A stretch of DNA of 64,000 nt from the NCBI GenBank assembly GCA_963674705.1, contig OY771506.1, positions 3,264,001 to 3,328,000 on the forward strand, in the 5' to 3' direction. The first letter of the stretch is position 1. Each line of letters opens with the position of its first letter. A program made the position numbers and the translations under genes. The stretch comes from Phycisphaeraceae bacterium. Lineage in GTDB: Bacteria > Planctomycetota > Phycisphaerae > Phycisphaerales > Phycisphaeraceae. Shown here piece by piece: positions 8,661 to 18,981 of the stretch. Below the pieces are notes generated by a model. It was not told the origin of the DNA and searched no databases. It saw only the letters and a program-made list of their open reading frames with translations.

Positions 8661-10499
8661 ATGGATGAGCAAGTACATATAGGCCAACCCCTGACAAACC
8701 CAAACGATACACAAACCTCGTCGGCTCAGAAGGTGCAAAGTAACCATGCCGGCAGCATCCTGGCCTTGCTGCTGGTGCTGTTTATTTCTGCCGTGCCGAT
8801 GCTCGTCGCCGTCGGGCAGTCGGACTCCAAACGGACGATGGAGAATATCGCTGTCCTCAGCGCCCAGGAAACCTGGCTGCGTCAGCACGGATGGCAGGAC
8901 ATTCAACCGGACCCGGAAGCCTGGCTGATGCCCTCGCGCAACGGCAATCCTCGCATCGTCAAACCCCCATTGGTCATCTGGCTGGACATGCTGGCGTGGA
9001 CCGGCCTGACGCCTGCCGACTCGACCGCCCAGCAGCTCATCACCCGCTCTCGCTACGTCTCCGTCGTCATGGGTTTGATGGTCGTCGCCGGGGTTTACTG
9101 GATGGGTTGCGTGTTGTGGGACCGCAAGATGGCGGTGATCGCTGCGCTATCCGCCGGGACCATGCTCTTCCTGACACGGCAGGCCCGTATCGCCTCCTAC
9201 GACATGCACATGACCGGCTGGGCGACGCTCGCCGTGGCGTCGGCGATCTGGGCGATGAGGCCGTTCGGCCCACCGCAAACCGTCCTCAAGGCCGTTCTCG
9301 GCTGGGGATTCGCCGGGGTCGCGCTTGCAGGCGCGTTTATGAGTAAGGGACCGTTGGCGATACTGGTCGGCGCTGCGCCCGTGCTCTGTACGATGCTGAT
9401 AATCAAGAACAACTGGCGTCGCAATGTGATCGGCCTGATCGGCATGCTCATCGTCGCCGCGGTGCTGACCGCGCCGTGGTACTTGTACATCATGTTCGAG
9501 ATCCGCAACGCCGAGGGAACCCTCCTGCATGAGTACAAGGCCGAGCGGATGGAGTTCCAGACGCCGTTTTATTACCTGGGGCTGCTCGGACTCGTCCTGC
9601 CCTGGTCGATGTGGCTTGTTGCGGGGCTCATTCAGCCGTTCATGCGCGCCGAGGGAGAGCAGCGGCGGCGGCTGATGATCGCCTGGGCGTGGTTCGTCCT
9701 GATCTTCGTCGCCTTCTCGATCCCCGGCGCCAAGCAGCAGCGCTACATCCTGCCGATCGTCCCAGCGGTAGCATTACTCGTAGGTCAACTCTGGCGCTAT
9801 CACGAACAGCTTGCCGAGCAGGGGGAGGTCGATCCCGGCGTGAACCTTTTGCGCGTGCCGCATTGGGTGTGCCTGATCGCGGTGTCCTTACTCATCTGGC
9901 CGTTTTTCACTTCACAAAACTGGATGCTTGCGCATGGCTGGGTGAAAGAGATGCCGATCGGTACACTCTCACAGTGGGTGCTCATACCCGCCGCACTGAT
10001 CTTAATCGTGCTGTCAATCATCGGGACGATCTGGCACTTCCAATGGAAACCGTTGCGGGCCGGGATCGTTACCGCGCTATGGTCGGCCGTGTTGCTCACA
10101 ATCACCTGGTACGCATGGGCCACCGGTGAACGCACGATTCACCCGGTTCGTGCAGATGCCGAAAAGGTCGGCCAGATCGTCGATGGCGGGATCTTTGGCA
10201 TCCTCAAGCACAATAAATACAACACCGCGCCCAACGAGGAGTTCCTGCTCTATTCACGACGCATCATGCCGCCGGTCCGCCCGCGCGAGTTGGCAACCTT
10301 CGGGCAGGATTACAGCTCCGTCTACATCGCTGCCCCCCAGCAGCGCGAAGCTCAGCGTGCACTTCGCCGTAACGGCTACGAACTTGTCATGCCGTTCCAA
10401 CACGATTACGACGAGGTGCTCGATCTCTGGAAACGTAAAGACAAACCAGCCGAAACGGATACCGAGTCATCCGACAACACACCAGATATGGATGAATAA
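8661..10499 (+). CDS. ArnT-like (GT-C fold, PMT/GT83-type) polytopic glycosyltransferase
   Basis: Many TM helices; P.RNG.PRIVKPPL..W, AFMSKGP, LPWS, K..RYILP motifs. Confidence 0.85.
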   Translation: MDEQVHIGQPLTNPNDTQTSSAQKVQSNHAGSILALLLVLFISAVPMLVAVGQSDSKRTMENIAVLSAQETWLRQHGWQDIQPDPEAWLMPSRNGNPRIVKPPLVIWLDMLAWTGLTPADSTAQQLITRSRYVSVVMGLMVVAGVYWMGCVLWDRKMAVIAALSAGTMLFLTRQARIASYDMHMTGWATLAVASAIWAMRPFGPPQTVLKAVLGWGFAGVALAGAFMSKGPLAILVGAAPVLCTMLIIKNNWRRNVIGLIGMLIVAAVLTAPWYLYIMFEIRNAEGTLLHEYKAERMEFQTPFYYLGLLGLVLPWSMWLVAGLIQPFMRAEGEQRRRLMIAWAWFVLIFVAFSIPGAKQQRYILPIVPAVALLVGQLWRYHEQLAEQGEVDPGVNLLRVPHWVCLIAVSLLIWPFFTSQNWMLAHGWVKEMPIGTLSQWVLIPAALILIVLSIIGTIWHFQWKPLRAGIVTALWSAVLLTITWYAWATGERTIHPVRADAEKVGQIVDGGIFGILKHNKYNTAPNEEFLLYSRRIMPPVRPRELATFGQDYSSVYIAAPQQREAQRALRRNGYELVMPFQHDYDEVLDLWKRKDKPAETDTESSDNTPDMDE

Positions 10500-10512
10500 T
10501 CACATCTGATTA

Positions 10513-13500
10513 TCAAGCCGGTCTTCGGCGATGCATCAGCCAACCCATCGATCCGATCAGCAAACACGCACTCGTAGGTTCGGGGATGAACGCCAGCACT
10601 TCAGCCGGTGGCGTGCCCGCGTTCCAGTTATTCAGCACGATGTCCAGATCGTCCAGCCCGACAAAACCATCACCGGACGGATCACCCAACGTCCATACAC
10701 CGGCCGTGACGTTTGAGTTCCATCCGCTCAGCACGATGTCCAGATCATCCAATCCGACAAAGCCGTCACCATTCAGATCGCCCATCAATCCGGCGTTCAG
10801 CGTCACCGTGTTGCTGGCATAGCTGATCCCCAGCCCGACATTCGGCACGACCGGGAACAGAATATTGCTGAACGTGCCCAGTATGCCTGATCCCGCGGTG
10901 AATATCTCGTAGCTGTCGCCGACGCTCGGTGTGTATCCACCCCAAAGCAACACTTCCAGCAGGCCGTCCAGCTCAGCGTTGTCCGCGACTTTCATCCAGT
11001 CAAACGTCACGCCTTGCGTCAGCCCCGCCAGCTCAAACTCGATCTGCCCGCTTCCGGTCTGGATGTAATCCTCCGTAACCAGCGTGCCCGGGGATGAACC
11101 CAGCACGACCGCGCCGTCATTGACCACTTCCACACCGATCTGTGCGCCGTCAAGCGCAGTCATTGTCGTGCCGTTTGAAATCTTCAAAGAAGCCGAACCG
11201 TTGATACCGGCTGTCGGACGCACGAGCAGATCGCCCAGCATCGTCAGGTCCGCGTGGATGGTCGTGCTGCTGCCGTTCTCAAATGTGGTCACCGCTTTGA
11301 TCTGTGCCGCATCGGTGCTGACATTCAGCAAGGCGAACTGATTCAGCGCCGGCGCGATAAACGATCCACCGCTGAAGTCGATTGCGCCATGGTTCGCCAG
11401 CCCGCCGAAGTCCATGCTGAACTGCTGGCCCGTGCCGATGTTCAACGTGCCGCTGAAACTTGCGATGCCGATGTTCTTGCTGACACGCACATCACCGCTG
11501 ATCGCATTGATCTCACCCGTTCCGCCCGCGCCGTCCAGGTCCAACCCGCCGGTCGGGTTCAACACCAGCACGCCGCCGTCGCCGGTCAGTGTCCCGCTGT
11601 TGCTGAATCCCCCGGCCGTGGCGATCGTCCCGAAACCGGTCGTTAATCCCGCGTTTGTGATCGCCGCTCCCGTCACTGAGCCGCCGTGTAATTCCAGCGC
11701 TTGGAACGTGCCGGTATTCCACGCATTCGTAACATTCAGCACGCCATCCGTATCGTTCGTCCCGATCCGGCCAAGCGTGGAACTTAGCAGCGTACTGGAC
11801 ACATTCAGCGTGCCGTTATCCGCAAACAACCGACCGCCCAGACCGATCGATAAATCATCGGTCGAAATCGTGCCGTAACCCACCAGACGTTTGTTTGTCC
11901 CGACCGCCAATCGCCCCGTGCCGGTGATCGTGCCGCCTGCCAGCAGGTTGTTATCCACCGCATCGCCGCCGCGGATAGAGAACACGTTCCCCGCACCGTT
12001 CACGTTCACCGTCCCGCTGATCGTGGCTCGAGCGTCCCAGCCGGTCCAGCCATTGATACTGGTCGTGCCGGACATCGTGAAGTCCTGCCCGGCGATCGAC
12101 GTGTTCGCGCTGGCAACCGCGTGCGTGATATTCAGCGCACCTGCCATGGTCCACGGATTAGGCGTATTCACGGTCAACTGCGCAAAACCGCTGTTGATGT
12201 TGATCGTACCGTTGTAAATATCATTGGTTGTATCGATATTGTTCGCGTTGATTGTCAGATCATCATTGAGTGTTGTGCTCGTTCCCCCGGATGTGCCGTC
12301 CATATCGAAGATCGCAATATTGATCGTCGTCGCCGCATCGATCGTAGCGCTGCCATCCTGCTGGATTGTGCCGTCGCCGCTGTAGTTGCCGCCCGCGTAC
12401 GTTGTCGCACCGTTCAGTTCAAGCTCTGAGCCGGCATCAACACTCACCGTCGCGCTAGAACTGAAACGCGTCGGTGCATTGATATAAGACTGCCCACCGG
12501 TTACGACGATATCCCCGTCGACATCCATCTGCTGGCCGCTGACCGTCGGATTACTTCCGCCCGTGTTCGTCAGGTTCATCGTGCCTTGCATGCCCCAGGC
12601 TGCCGTGGTGTTGACCGCCAGTGTGCCACCGTTGACATTGACCGTGCCGTCGAATCCATCCGTGCCGTTGTCGATAATGCTCGCGTTGATCGTGAACGTC
12701 ACGCCGTCATTGATATTCGTGACTTCCGTACCGCTTGTGCCGTCCCAGTCGTACGTGCCGATCGCGAGTGTTGTGTCGCTGATAACTGTCGCGGTGGCGT
12801 TCTGCTCCAGTTCGCCGAAGCCGACAAAGTCGCCGCCGTTGAACGTGATCGTGCCGTTGAGCACTAACCGGTCTGTTGAACTTGTGATCTCTGTATAAGC
12901 AGTCGGATGAAACTCCACCGCCGCGTTGATCACGCCTGACCCGGTTGCTGACACAGACACGGAGCCGGTGATATTCACCTTCGAGCCGGTCAGTACCGGA
13001 TTGGTCCCGCTATCAACAAACACCAGGCTCCCCGCCATCTCCCAGGGATTGGGGAAGTACAGCGGTAAACCGGTCCCAAGATCAATGGTCGTTCCGGTCG
13101 CGACATTCACCGTTCCGGAATTGATCGTGATCACACCGTTGTGCGCATCATTGATCGCCGCTCCCGTGATGTTCATCGTAGCCCCGGGCTCGACCGTCGT
13201 ATCACTGATCGGCCCACCGTCCCAGTCAAACGTATTCACATCAATATTCACTGTGCTCCCGGCCGTTACCGTCGCGTCGCCGTCCTGCACGAGCGTGCCG
13301 CTACCCGTAAACGTCCCGCCGTTGTAGGTGATCGTGTCGCTGATCGTAACGCCTAACGATAACTCGTCGTCCACATCGTTGATCGTGACGTTCGCCGTTG
13401 AGTAGAACGTGATCTGCCCGTCCAGTTCACCGAGCTTGTCGACATCGATATCACCACGGATGACCGCATCGCCCTGGACCTCCGCTCGATCGGCTGTCAG

Positions 13501-15000
13501 GGTTCCGCCGTCCAAAGTCAGTTGGCCGCTTGAACCCAGTTCCCAACCTTGCGCGAAGTTGATGTACTGGCCCTCACCGACATTCATCTGGCCGTCAAAC
13601 GCATCGCTCAATGTACCGCTGGCAAAATTCATGCTGCCGTTGATCGCATTGATGATCCCGCCGCCGCTGCCGCCGTCCAGGTTCCAGACAGCCCCACCCG
13701 TTGTGGTGAATGTCAATAACGCATCGCCGGTCGCGGTGATCGTCCCGTCATTGCTCAAATTCGACGCAACATCCACCGTGCCCGCACCAATAAGCAAACC
13801 CGGATCGTTGATGTCAAGCGTGTTGACATCGATCAACCCGCCCGTCTCCGGCCGAACCTCGCCCTGGTTCTCTATCCGCAGTGTCGCCGCTTCCAGTTCA
13901 CCACCACTGCGGATAAACAGGTCCGTATCCACATCGGTCACCAACACCGTTTCGGTGACATCGAGTTTGAAGCTTTCGGTATCGACATTCCCGCCCTCAG
14001 CGACGGTCAGGTTGTTCGCATAGCCCGCCGCAGTCAGGTTTGCGGTCACCACCGTTCCGGGATCGCGCACGAATACATCATCGTTGAAGTGCGGCACCGC
14101 GTTGCCGGACCAGTTGGCATCGTTGTTCCAGTTGGTTCCGCCGTAAAACTCTCTGCGCGGCACGTCGAGATTGGTGTAGTTATTGCTCGCCGCCATCGAG
14201 AACAGGTCCGTATGGCTGGGCATCCGCCGTAAACTCACAGCCGCGCCACCCCCGAGCATCATGGCAAAATCGTCATCAAGGTGTGCGATGTCACCAGACA
14301 TCGTCTCGGACGCGATCGTTTCACCAAAGACCCACGCCGTGTCAAAATCGTAATCCGAGTCGACACCGGCTTCATTGGTTGAGGCGGTTGCCGAGGTAGA
14401 TAAACCCAGCGAATGCCCGACCTCGTGCAACACCGTCGACAGCAGGTCCGCGATCCCGTTTGCCGGGCTGCCCACCGGCGCGGTGCCACGGAAGCCGACC
14501 TCGAACGTCTCCGGGATGTCCGCAGCCGTATAGTTGTTGTAGAAGTCAGCCTGTTGTGTGGATGTCAGATCACGCCACAGCGTCTGGGCCATATCAAACT
14601 CGGAGTTGTCCTCCGGCGTCGGATCGATAAACCACGTCCGGTCGTTGTCCAGCCGGATATTCGCCTCCACCTCGCGCCAGTTGCCGCTGCTGTTGTTTTC
14701 ATCCACCAGCGAGTGCATGCCCCACGTCGTCGTGCTGCGCCAGTCCAGGTCCTCGTACCAGAAGTTGATCGTGATCGTCGTGTTGGAATCAATATCCTGG
14801 AAGATGTCTTCGTAGTAAGACTCAGCGAACTCGAACATATCCTGCAGGCCGGTCGCGCTCGAGTCTTGCGCCGGGTTGACCGATTGAGCGTTGTCGTAGT
14901 TCAGGACGATATTGATCGCCGATGCGGGGCCGGCCGTGAGCATGCCTGCCAGCAATCCCCCGATCAAGTGAGTGGTTGCAGCTTTGCGTTCGTATCCCAT
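10513..15000 (-). CDS. Large secreted PEP-CTERM protein: zinc metalloprotease domain, long Gly/Thr/Asn-rich beta-helix-like repeats, dockerin-like pair
   Basis: Signal peptide (PASA-INI); HEVGHSLGL; repeats of type TYxGGxFxGxGxxxQDG; GDLNGDGFVGLDDL; IPEPTS...HRRR. Confidence 0.85.
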   Translation of the reverse strand: MGYERKAATTHLIGGLLAGMLTAGPASAINIVLNYDNAQSVNPAQDSSATGLQDMFEFAESYYEDIFQDIDSNTTITINFWYEDLDWRSTTTWGMHSLVDENNSSGNWREVEANIRLDNDRTWFIDPTPEDNSEFDMAQTLWRDLTSTQQADFYNNYTAADIPETFEVGFRGTAPVGSPANGIADLLSTVLHEVGHSLGLSTSATASTNEAGVDSDYDFDTAWVFGETIASETMSGDIAHLDDDFAMMLGGGAAVSLRRMPSHTDLFSMAASNNYTNLDVPRREFYGGTNWNNDANWSGNAVPHFNDDVFVRDPGTVVTANLTAAGYANNLTVAEGGNVDTESFKLDVTETVLVTDVDTDLFIRSGGELEAATLRIENQGEVRPETGGLIDVNTLDINDPGLLIGAGTVDVASNLSNDGTITATGDALLTFTTTGGAVWNLDGGSGGGIINAINGSMNFASGTLSDAFDGQMNVGEGQYINFAQGWELGSSGQLTLDGGTLTADRAEVQGDAVIRGDIDVDKLGELDGQITFYSTANVTINDVDDELSLGVTISDTITYNGGTFTGSGTLVQDGDATVTAGSTVNIDVNTFDWDGGPISDTTVEPGATMNITGAAINDAHNGVITINSGTVNVATGTTIDLGTGLPLYFPNPWEMAGSLVFVDSGTNPVLTGSKVNITGSVSVSATGSGVINAAVEFHPTAYTEITSSTDRLVLNGTITFNGGDFVGFGELEQNATATVISDTTLAIGTYDWDGTSGTEVTNINDGVTFTINASIIDNGTDGFDGTVNVNGGTLAVNTTAAWGMQGTMNLTNTGGSNPTVSGQQMDVDGDIVVTGGQSYINAPTRFSSSATVSVDAGSELELNGATTYAGGNYSGDGTIQQDGSATIDAATTINIAIFDMDGTSGGTSTTLNDDLTINANNIDTTNDIYNGTININSGFAQLTVNTPNPWTMAGALNITHAVASANTSIAGQDFTMSGTTSINGWTGWDARATISGTVNVNGAGNVFSIRGGDAVDNNLLAGGTITGTGRLAVGTNKRLVGYGTISTDDLSIGLGGRLFADNGTLNVSSTLLSSTLGRIGTNDTDGVLNVTNAWNTGTFQALELHGGSVTGAAITNAGLTTGFGTIATAGGFSNSGTLTGDGGVLVLNPTGGLDLDGAGGTGEINAISGDVRVSKNIGIASFSGTLNIGTGQQFSMDFGGLANHGAIDFSGGSFIAPALNQFALLNVSTDAAQIKAVTTFENGSSTTIHADLTMLGDLLVRPTAGINGSASLKISNGTTMTALDGAQIGVEVVNDGAVVLGSSPGTLVTEDYIQTGSGQIEFELAGLTQGVTFDWMKVADNAELDGLLEVLLWGGYTPSVGDSYEIFTAGSGILGTFSNILFPVVPNVGLGISYASNTVTLNAGLMGDLNGDGFVGLDDLDIVLSGWNSNVTAGVWTLGDPSGDGFVGLDDLDIVLNNWNAGTPPAEVLAFIPEPTSACLLIGSMGWLMHRRRPA

Positions 15001-15228
15001 GACAGCCTCCTTACCGGTTGAGGTGACGAACTGATAAACACAGCGAGCCTATCGCGCAGCCTGACACTGTTTGTATCTGTGATTGAAAGAAAATGAAACC
15101 TCCCCACTCCGCCCTGAGCCCAGAGGCGAGATCCTATCTACATGCTGGTTCTAGAGATAATCGAGACCCCCGCACCTGTCAAGGTTTATCTATATTAAAT
15201 CTGATTTAGTTGTGACAACTTCCCGGGT

Positions 15229-15265
15229 AAAAAAACAACCGGACGCCGTGGGTGGGCGCCCGGTT
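15229..15265 (-). terminator. Probable intrinsic terminator after the 15353-16711 gene
   Basis: Imperfect stem AACCGGACGCC...GGCGCCCGGTT next to an A run (T run on the minus strand). Confidence 0.5.
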
Positions 15266-15352
15266 TCAGTGTTTGTTAACAAGAAAAACGTAAAACGATT
15301 CTTTCGCATGATCCCGGGCCGTTACCTCCGGTTTCACACGCTTAACTTTTGA

Positions 15353-16711
15353 TTAGCGGCGACGCAGCATCGCGAACGCGCCGAGGCCGACCAGGGCGAG
15401 AGTCGCCGGTTCAGGCACGAGGGCCGGCGGCGGAGGCGTGCCGGCGTTCCAGTTGTTCAGCACGATGTCCAGGTCGTCCAGCCCGACGAAGCCGTCACCC
15501 GAAGGATCAGCCGCGGCGTCAGCCGGCGGTACGTTCTGGTTCCACGCGCCGAGGATGATGTCCAGGTCGTCCAGCCCGACGAAGCCATCGTGGTTCAAGT
15601 CGCCTTCAATACCCTGGGTAATGGTCACGAACTGGTCACCAGCGATCGCGGAGAGATCGACGCCGGCCATCGAGCCGGTCCAGCCGCCTGCGCCATCGCC
15701 ACCGGGATTGCCGGCGAGGATGCCCGTACCGCTGAACTGGTTGGATGCATAATCATGACCGCTGCCGTTGATGAACGCGGTGACCTTGATGTTACCGTTC
15801 GTGTTGCCGATCGCGTCTAGCGGGATGGCAAACTCATAACCGGTGGTCACCTGACCTGCCAGCACATCGTAACCGTCGATCGACGCGTCGTTGGTGTTGC
15901 CGTTACCGATCACGCCGCCGGCGATCGGTGTTGCTACCGGATCACCGCCGTCATCCGCGTAAGCGTTGACGTTGTTCGTGCCCATCAGCAGGCCGATGAC
16001 GTTTTCCATATCACGGTGGTTCAGTTCATTGTCCGGATCAGACAGGGCATCCCACGGCTCAAAGAATTCGTGCAGCGGGTTGCCGATCGGATCGTTGTTG
16101 TTCTGGTCAACCAGTTCACCCTGGCTCAGGCCGGGCTCCAGGCCGCCGGCGTTGAGCTGGCCGCCGAGTGCGTAGACGTTGCCGCTGGAGCCGTTGCCCA
16201 GCTCCGCATAGTGAGCGGTGACGATCCAGCCGCTTGTGCCCAACGCGCCGCCGGCATTTTCCGTGCCGTGCGAGATCGTAATCAGGTAGTCGGCATTGAA
16301 GCCGGTATCAAAGGTCAAACCGTCCATACGCTGAAGCGCGCCGTCGGTCGTGCCGAAGCCGCCGCAGCAGAACGCATCCACCGCGACCGGCAGATTCGCA
16401 CCGTCGATGGTATTCACGCCGCCATCCACCGAATCGATGAAGATCTCGAGCTTGTTGAAGTTGCTTTCCAGGTTGCCTGCGATCATCAGTTTCAGGTAGC
16501 CGTTCTCGACGATGCCGTAGATGGCGTCGATTTCCGAGCCGTTGCCGAAGATCGGATCGGCAAGGTTGCTGTCGCCGAAGCCGGTGTTGGTGTTCTGCAC
16601 CGACAGGGCGGCGCCGTAGCCGGCATCGACGGTGCCGTCGATAACGACCTGCCCCTGCGCGACACCCGCCGCGAGAAGCGAGATGGAAAGGGCTGATGCT
16701 AGGTGTTTCAC
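15353..16711 (-). CDS. Secreted PEP-CTERM protein of unknown function with dockerin-like pair
   Basis: GTG start with AGGAGG RBS; signal peptide; GDLNHDGFVGLDDL and DPSGDGFVGLDDL; VPEPATLALVGLGAFAMLRRR. Confidence 0.9.
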   Translation of the reverse strand: MKHLASALSISLLAAGVAQGQVVIDGTVDAGYGAALSVQNTNTGFGDSNLADPIFGNGSEIDAIYGIVENGYLKLMIAGNLESNFNKLEIFIDSVDGGVNTIDGANLPVAVDAFCCGGFGTTDGALQRMDGLTFDTGFNADYLITISHGTENAGGALGTSGWIVTAHYAELGNGSSGNVYALGGQLNAGGLEPGLSQGELVDQNNNDPIGNPLHEFFEPWDALSDPDNELNHRDMENVIGLLMGTNNVNAYADDGGDPVATPIAGGVIGNGNTNDASIDGYDVLAGQVTTGYEFAIPLDAIGNTNGNIKVTAFINGSGHDYASNQFSGTGILAGNPGGDGAGGWTGSMAGVDLSAIAGDQFVTITQGIEGDLNHDGFVGLDDLDIILGAWNQNVPPADAAADPSGDGFVGLDDLDIVLNNWNAGTPPPPALVPEPATLALVGLGAFAMLRRR

Positions 16712-17112
16712 GTTCTATCCTCCTGAGTGAAGTAAAAGGGCGAAATCAAAAAGTAAGGCAAGCCCCTCGGAATCGGTCATGAATGTGCTTGCTGTCAGGT
16801 AACGAATGACACTCCCAATGCTTTGATTGACTGTTGTACTTTAACAACGCTTAACCGATTTAGCAATACTTAATTCCAAGACGGCGCCATGAAATGGGGC
16901 CCGCCCCAGTTCATTTATGCCTCAATATTGTGGAAAAACCAGTCTTGGCAAGGAATTATCTCAGATATTCAATTTTATTTAGCACGACTCACAACTGGGC
17001 CCACAATCCGCTGGAAATCCGAGGCTCAGCCGCGGCAGTGTTGTGAATTATATGTAAATATCTATGGTAAAATGATTTAAAAATATGGGTGATTGCTGTT
17101 AAATAAAAAAGG

Positions 17113-17140
17113 TTGACCTTCCTGTTTCTGCCGATATGAT
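17113..17140 (+). promoter_or_regulatory. Sigma70-like promoter
   Basis: TTGACC-16 bp-TATGAT with an A-rich UP-like tract upstream. Confidence 0.6.
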
Positions 17141-17146
17141 AAATAA

Positions 17147-17267
17147 GGCTGTTGTGGTGGCGCAGAGTCCTGTTTTAGCCCCACAATAGAACCATCCGGC
17201 GGGGTTTGGGCCGTTTCTGTTCTAGCCCCGCCCCGTTGTTGGAAGTGCCGGCTTGCCGGTTTTTTTT
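17147..17267 (+). ncRNA. Candidate structured leader RNA or sRNA (two hairpins plus terminator-like hairpin and U8)
   Basis: Stems 17149-17189 and 17198-17232 share CTGTTYTAGCCCC; then GCCGG-CTTG-CCGGT plus TTTTTTT. Confidence 0.35.
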
Positions 17268-17330
17268 CAAAGGAATCGTTAAACCGGTTTAATAATCTCG
17301 CTGATCTGACACGCAACGCTTGGAGGCTCG

Positions 17331-18321
17331 CATGGACCGCATCAACCACAACTCACGCCCCCCGGTATCAACCCCCCCGCAAACCAACACACATGCCGGC
17401 TTCACACTCATTGAGTTGCTGGTCGTGATCTCGATCATCGCGCTGCTGGTCGGCATCCTCCTGCCCGCCCTCGGCGCCGCACGACGCACCGCCCAGAATT
17501 CGCAATGCCTTTCAAACGTCCGGCAGATGGACACCGCCGCCATGTCCTTCGCCGCCGACCACCGCTTCCACGTACAGATCTCCAGCTCGGATACCCTGTG
17601 GGTACCCGGCCCGCTTCCAAGTGAACTTCGCGGCAAACAAGCACAGTACACTGACCAAACCGGTGGTAATCAAGGCCGCGTTAAAGATTGGGCCAGTGCG
17701 ATCGTGCCGTACATGGGCGGGGATCCGAATTCTGACTTCGAAAATGCCGATCCAAAGGTATCTAAAGCCTTTATTTGTCCAAGCGATGCGGGACAGGAAG
17801 CGGGTGCCGAGGGTTACCAGATCTACAACAACATCACCGGCGGCGTGGGTAAGGAAAACGAACCCATCTCCTACGGTGTGAATGCGGACACCACCACCTA
17901 CAACAACAATGGTTCTGCTGATGGTGGACTGTGGGCTTCCGGATTTACGATCAGACCTTTCAAGGGTGACGTCACTAACGGCAACTTGGATTCTATCCGC
18001 ACAACCTCCAGCACGATGATGTATGCGGATTGCGGCACCGCCCGGGGGGTTGGCCAGCCCCTGCTGATTGCCGGTGATCAACTGTTCTATTCCGCCTCAG
18101 CTCCACTTAACACGGACCCGAACGATGAAGTCTCCGGTACACTCGGAGCGGTGTATGAGAATACCCGTGCCCGGTATCGCATGCCGCTAGCAGAAAACGA
18201 AACACCTGAAGGCCCCGCCGACCGCCACGGCGACAAGATCAACGTTGCCTTCGCCGACGGCCACGCCGCAGGCTTCGGCACCGGTGACTTCGATCAGGTC
18301 TACCTCTCGCCACACAAATAA
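17331..18321 (+). CDS. Prepilin-type N-terminal cleavage/methylation protein, DUF1559/H-X9-DG family
   Basis: GGAGG RBS before ATG 17331; GFTLIELLVVISIIALLVGILLPAL, CLSNVRQ, FICPSD, RHGDKINVAFADGHA. Confidence 0.93.
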
Positions 18322-18356
18322 ACCATGTACCGCGGACATTGCGGCCATCAACCAAC

Positions 18357-18386
18357 AAGCCCCGGTTCGCACGCCGGGGCTTTTTT
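18357..18386 (+). terminator. Intrinsic terminator
   Basis: AAGCCCCGG-loop-CCGGGGCTT plus T run. Confidence 0.8.
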
Positions 18387-18437
18387 ACATCCATCTTGTG
18401 TTTGTACTGGATCGAAGACATGAATGACTTCGATCAA

Positions 18438-18510
<73 letters not shown>

Positions 18511-18534
18511 GGTAAAAATACCGTCGAGTCACGG

Positions 18535-18562
18535 ATTCTAAACACACTGCGTGGGGTGTCAA
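18535..18562 (-). promoter_or_regulatory. Sigma70-like promoter of tRNA-Lys(CTT)
   Basis: Minus strand TTGACA-16 bp-TAGAAT ending about 25 nt upstream of the tRNA. Confidence 0.7.
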
Positions 18563-18567
18563 GCGGC

Positions 18568-18900
18568 CTCGGGTATCGTCGTTCGGGTATCGGGCTTCGG
18601 ATATCGGGTGTGGGCACTAAAAATCCCTGATTGCTAATCGTTAATCGCGAATGTCTCATCAACGCCGGTTCTGAGCGAAGCGAAGGGCCGGGCAGTGGGG
18701 GGGGAAAGCCGTTAGCCATTAGCCGTTAGCAATACAATTCTCACACCTCACACCTCACACCTCACACCTCACACCTCACACCTCACACCCGAAAACCACC
18801 CGGACCTTCGCTTTGCTCAGGACCGGCGTTGGCTGAACAATGAAATCCCATCCCAACCCCCAATCCCCAATCCCACAACCCCCAACCCCAACCCCCAACC
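18568..18900. repeat. Composite repeat region: heptamer arrays and an inverted pair of 34-bp REP-like units
   Basis: TCGGGTA-like units (18569-18612), inverted REP pair 18659-18692 and 18799-18831, AGCCGTT-like units, 7 perfect CTCACAC (18740-18788), CCCCAAY-like units (18845-18900). Confidence 0.85.
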
Positions 18901-18981
18901 ATCCGCCACTTTGCCGCCATTTGCCCACTGACTTATGATCTGACCGACCGACACTTTATCGTGACAGGTCTGGAGCAACGG

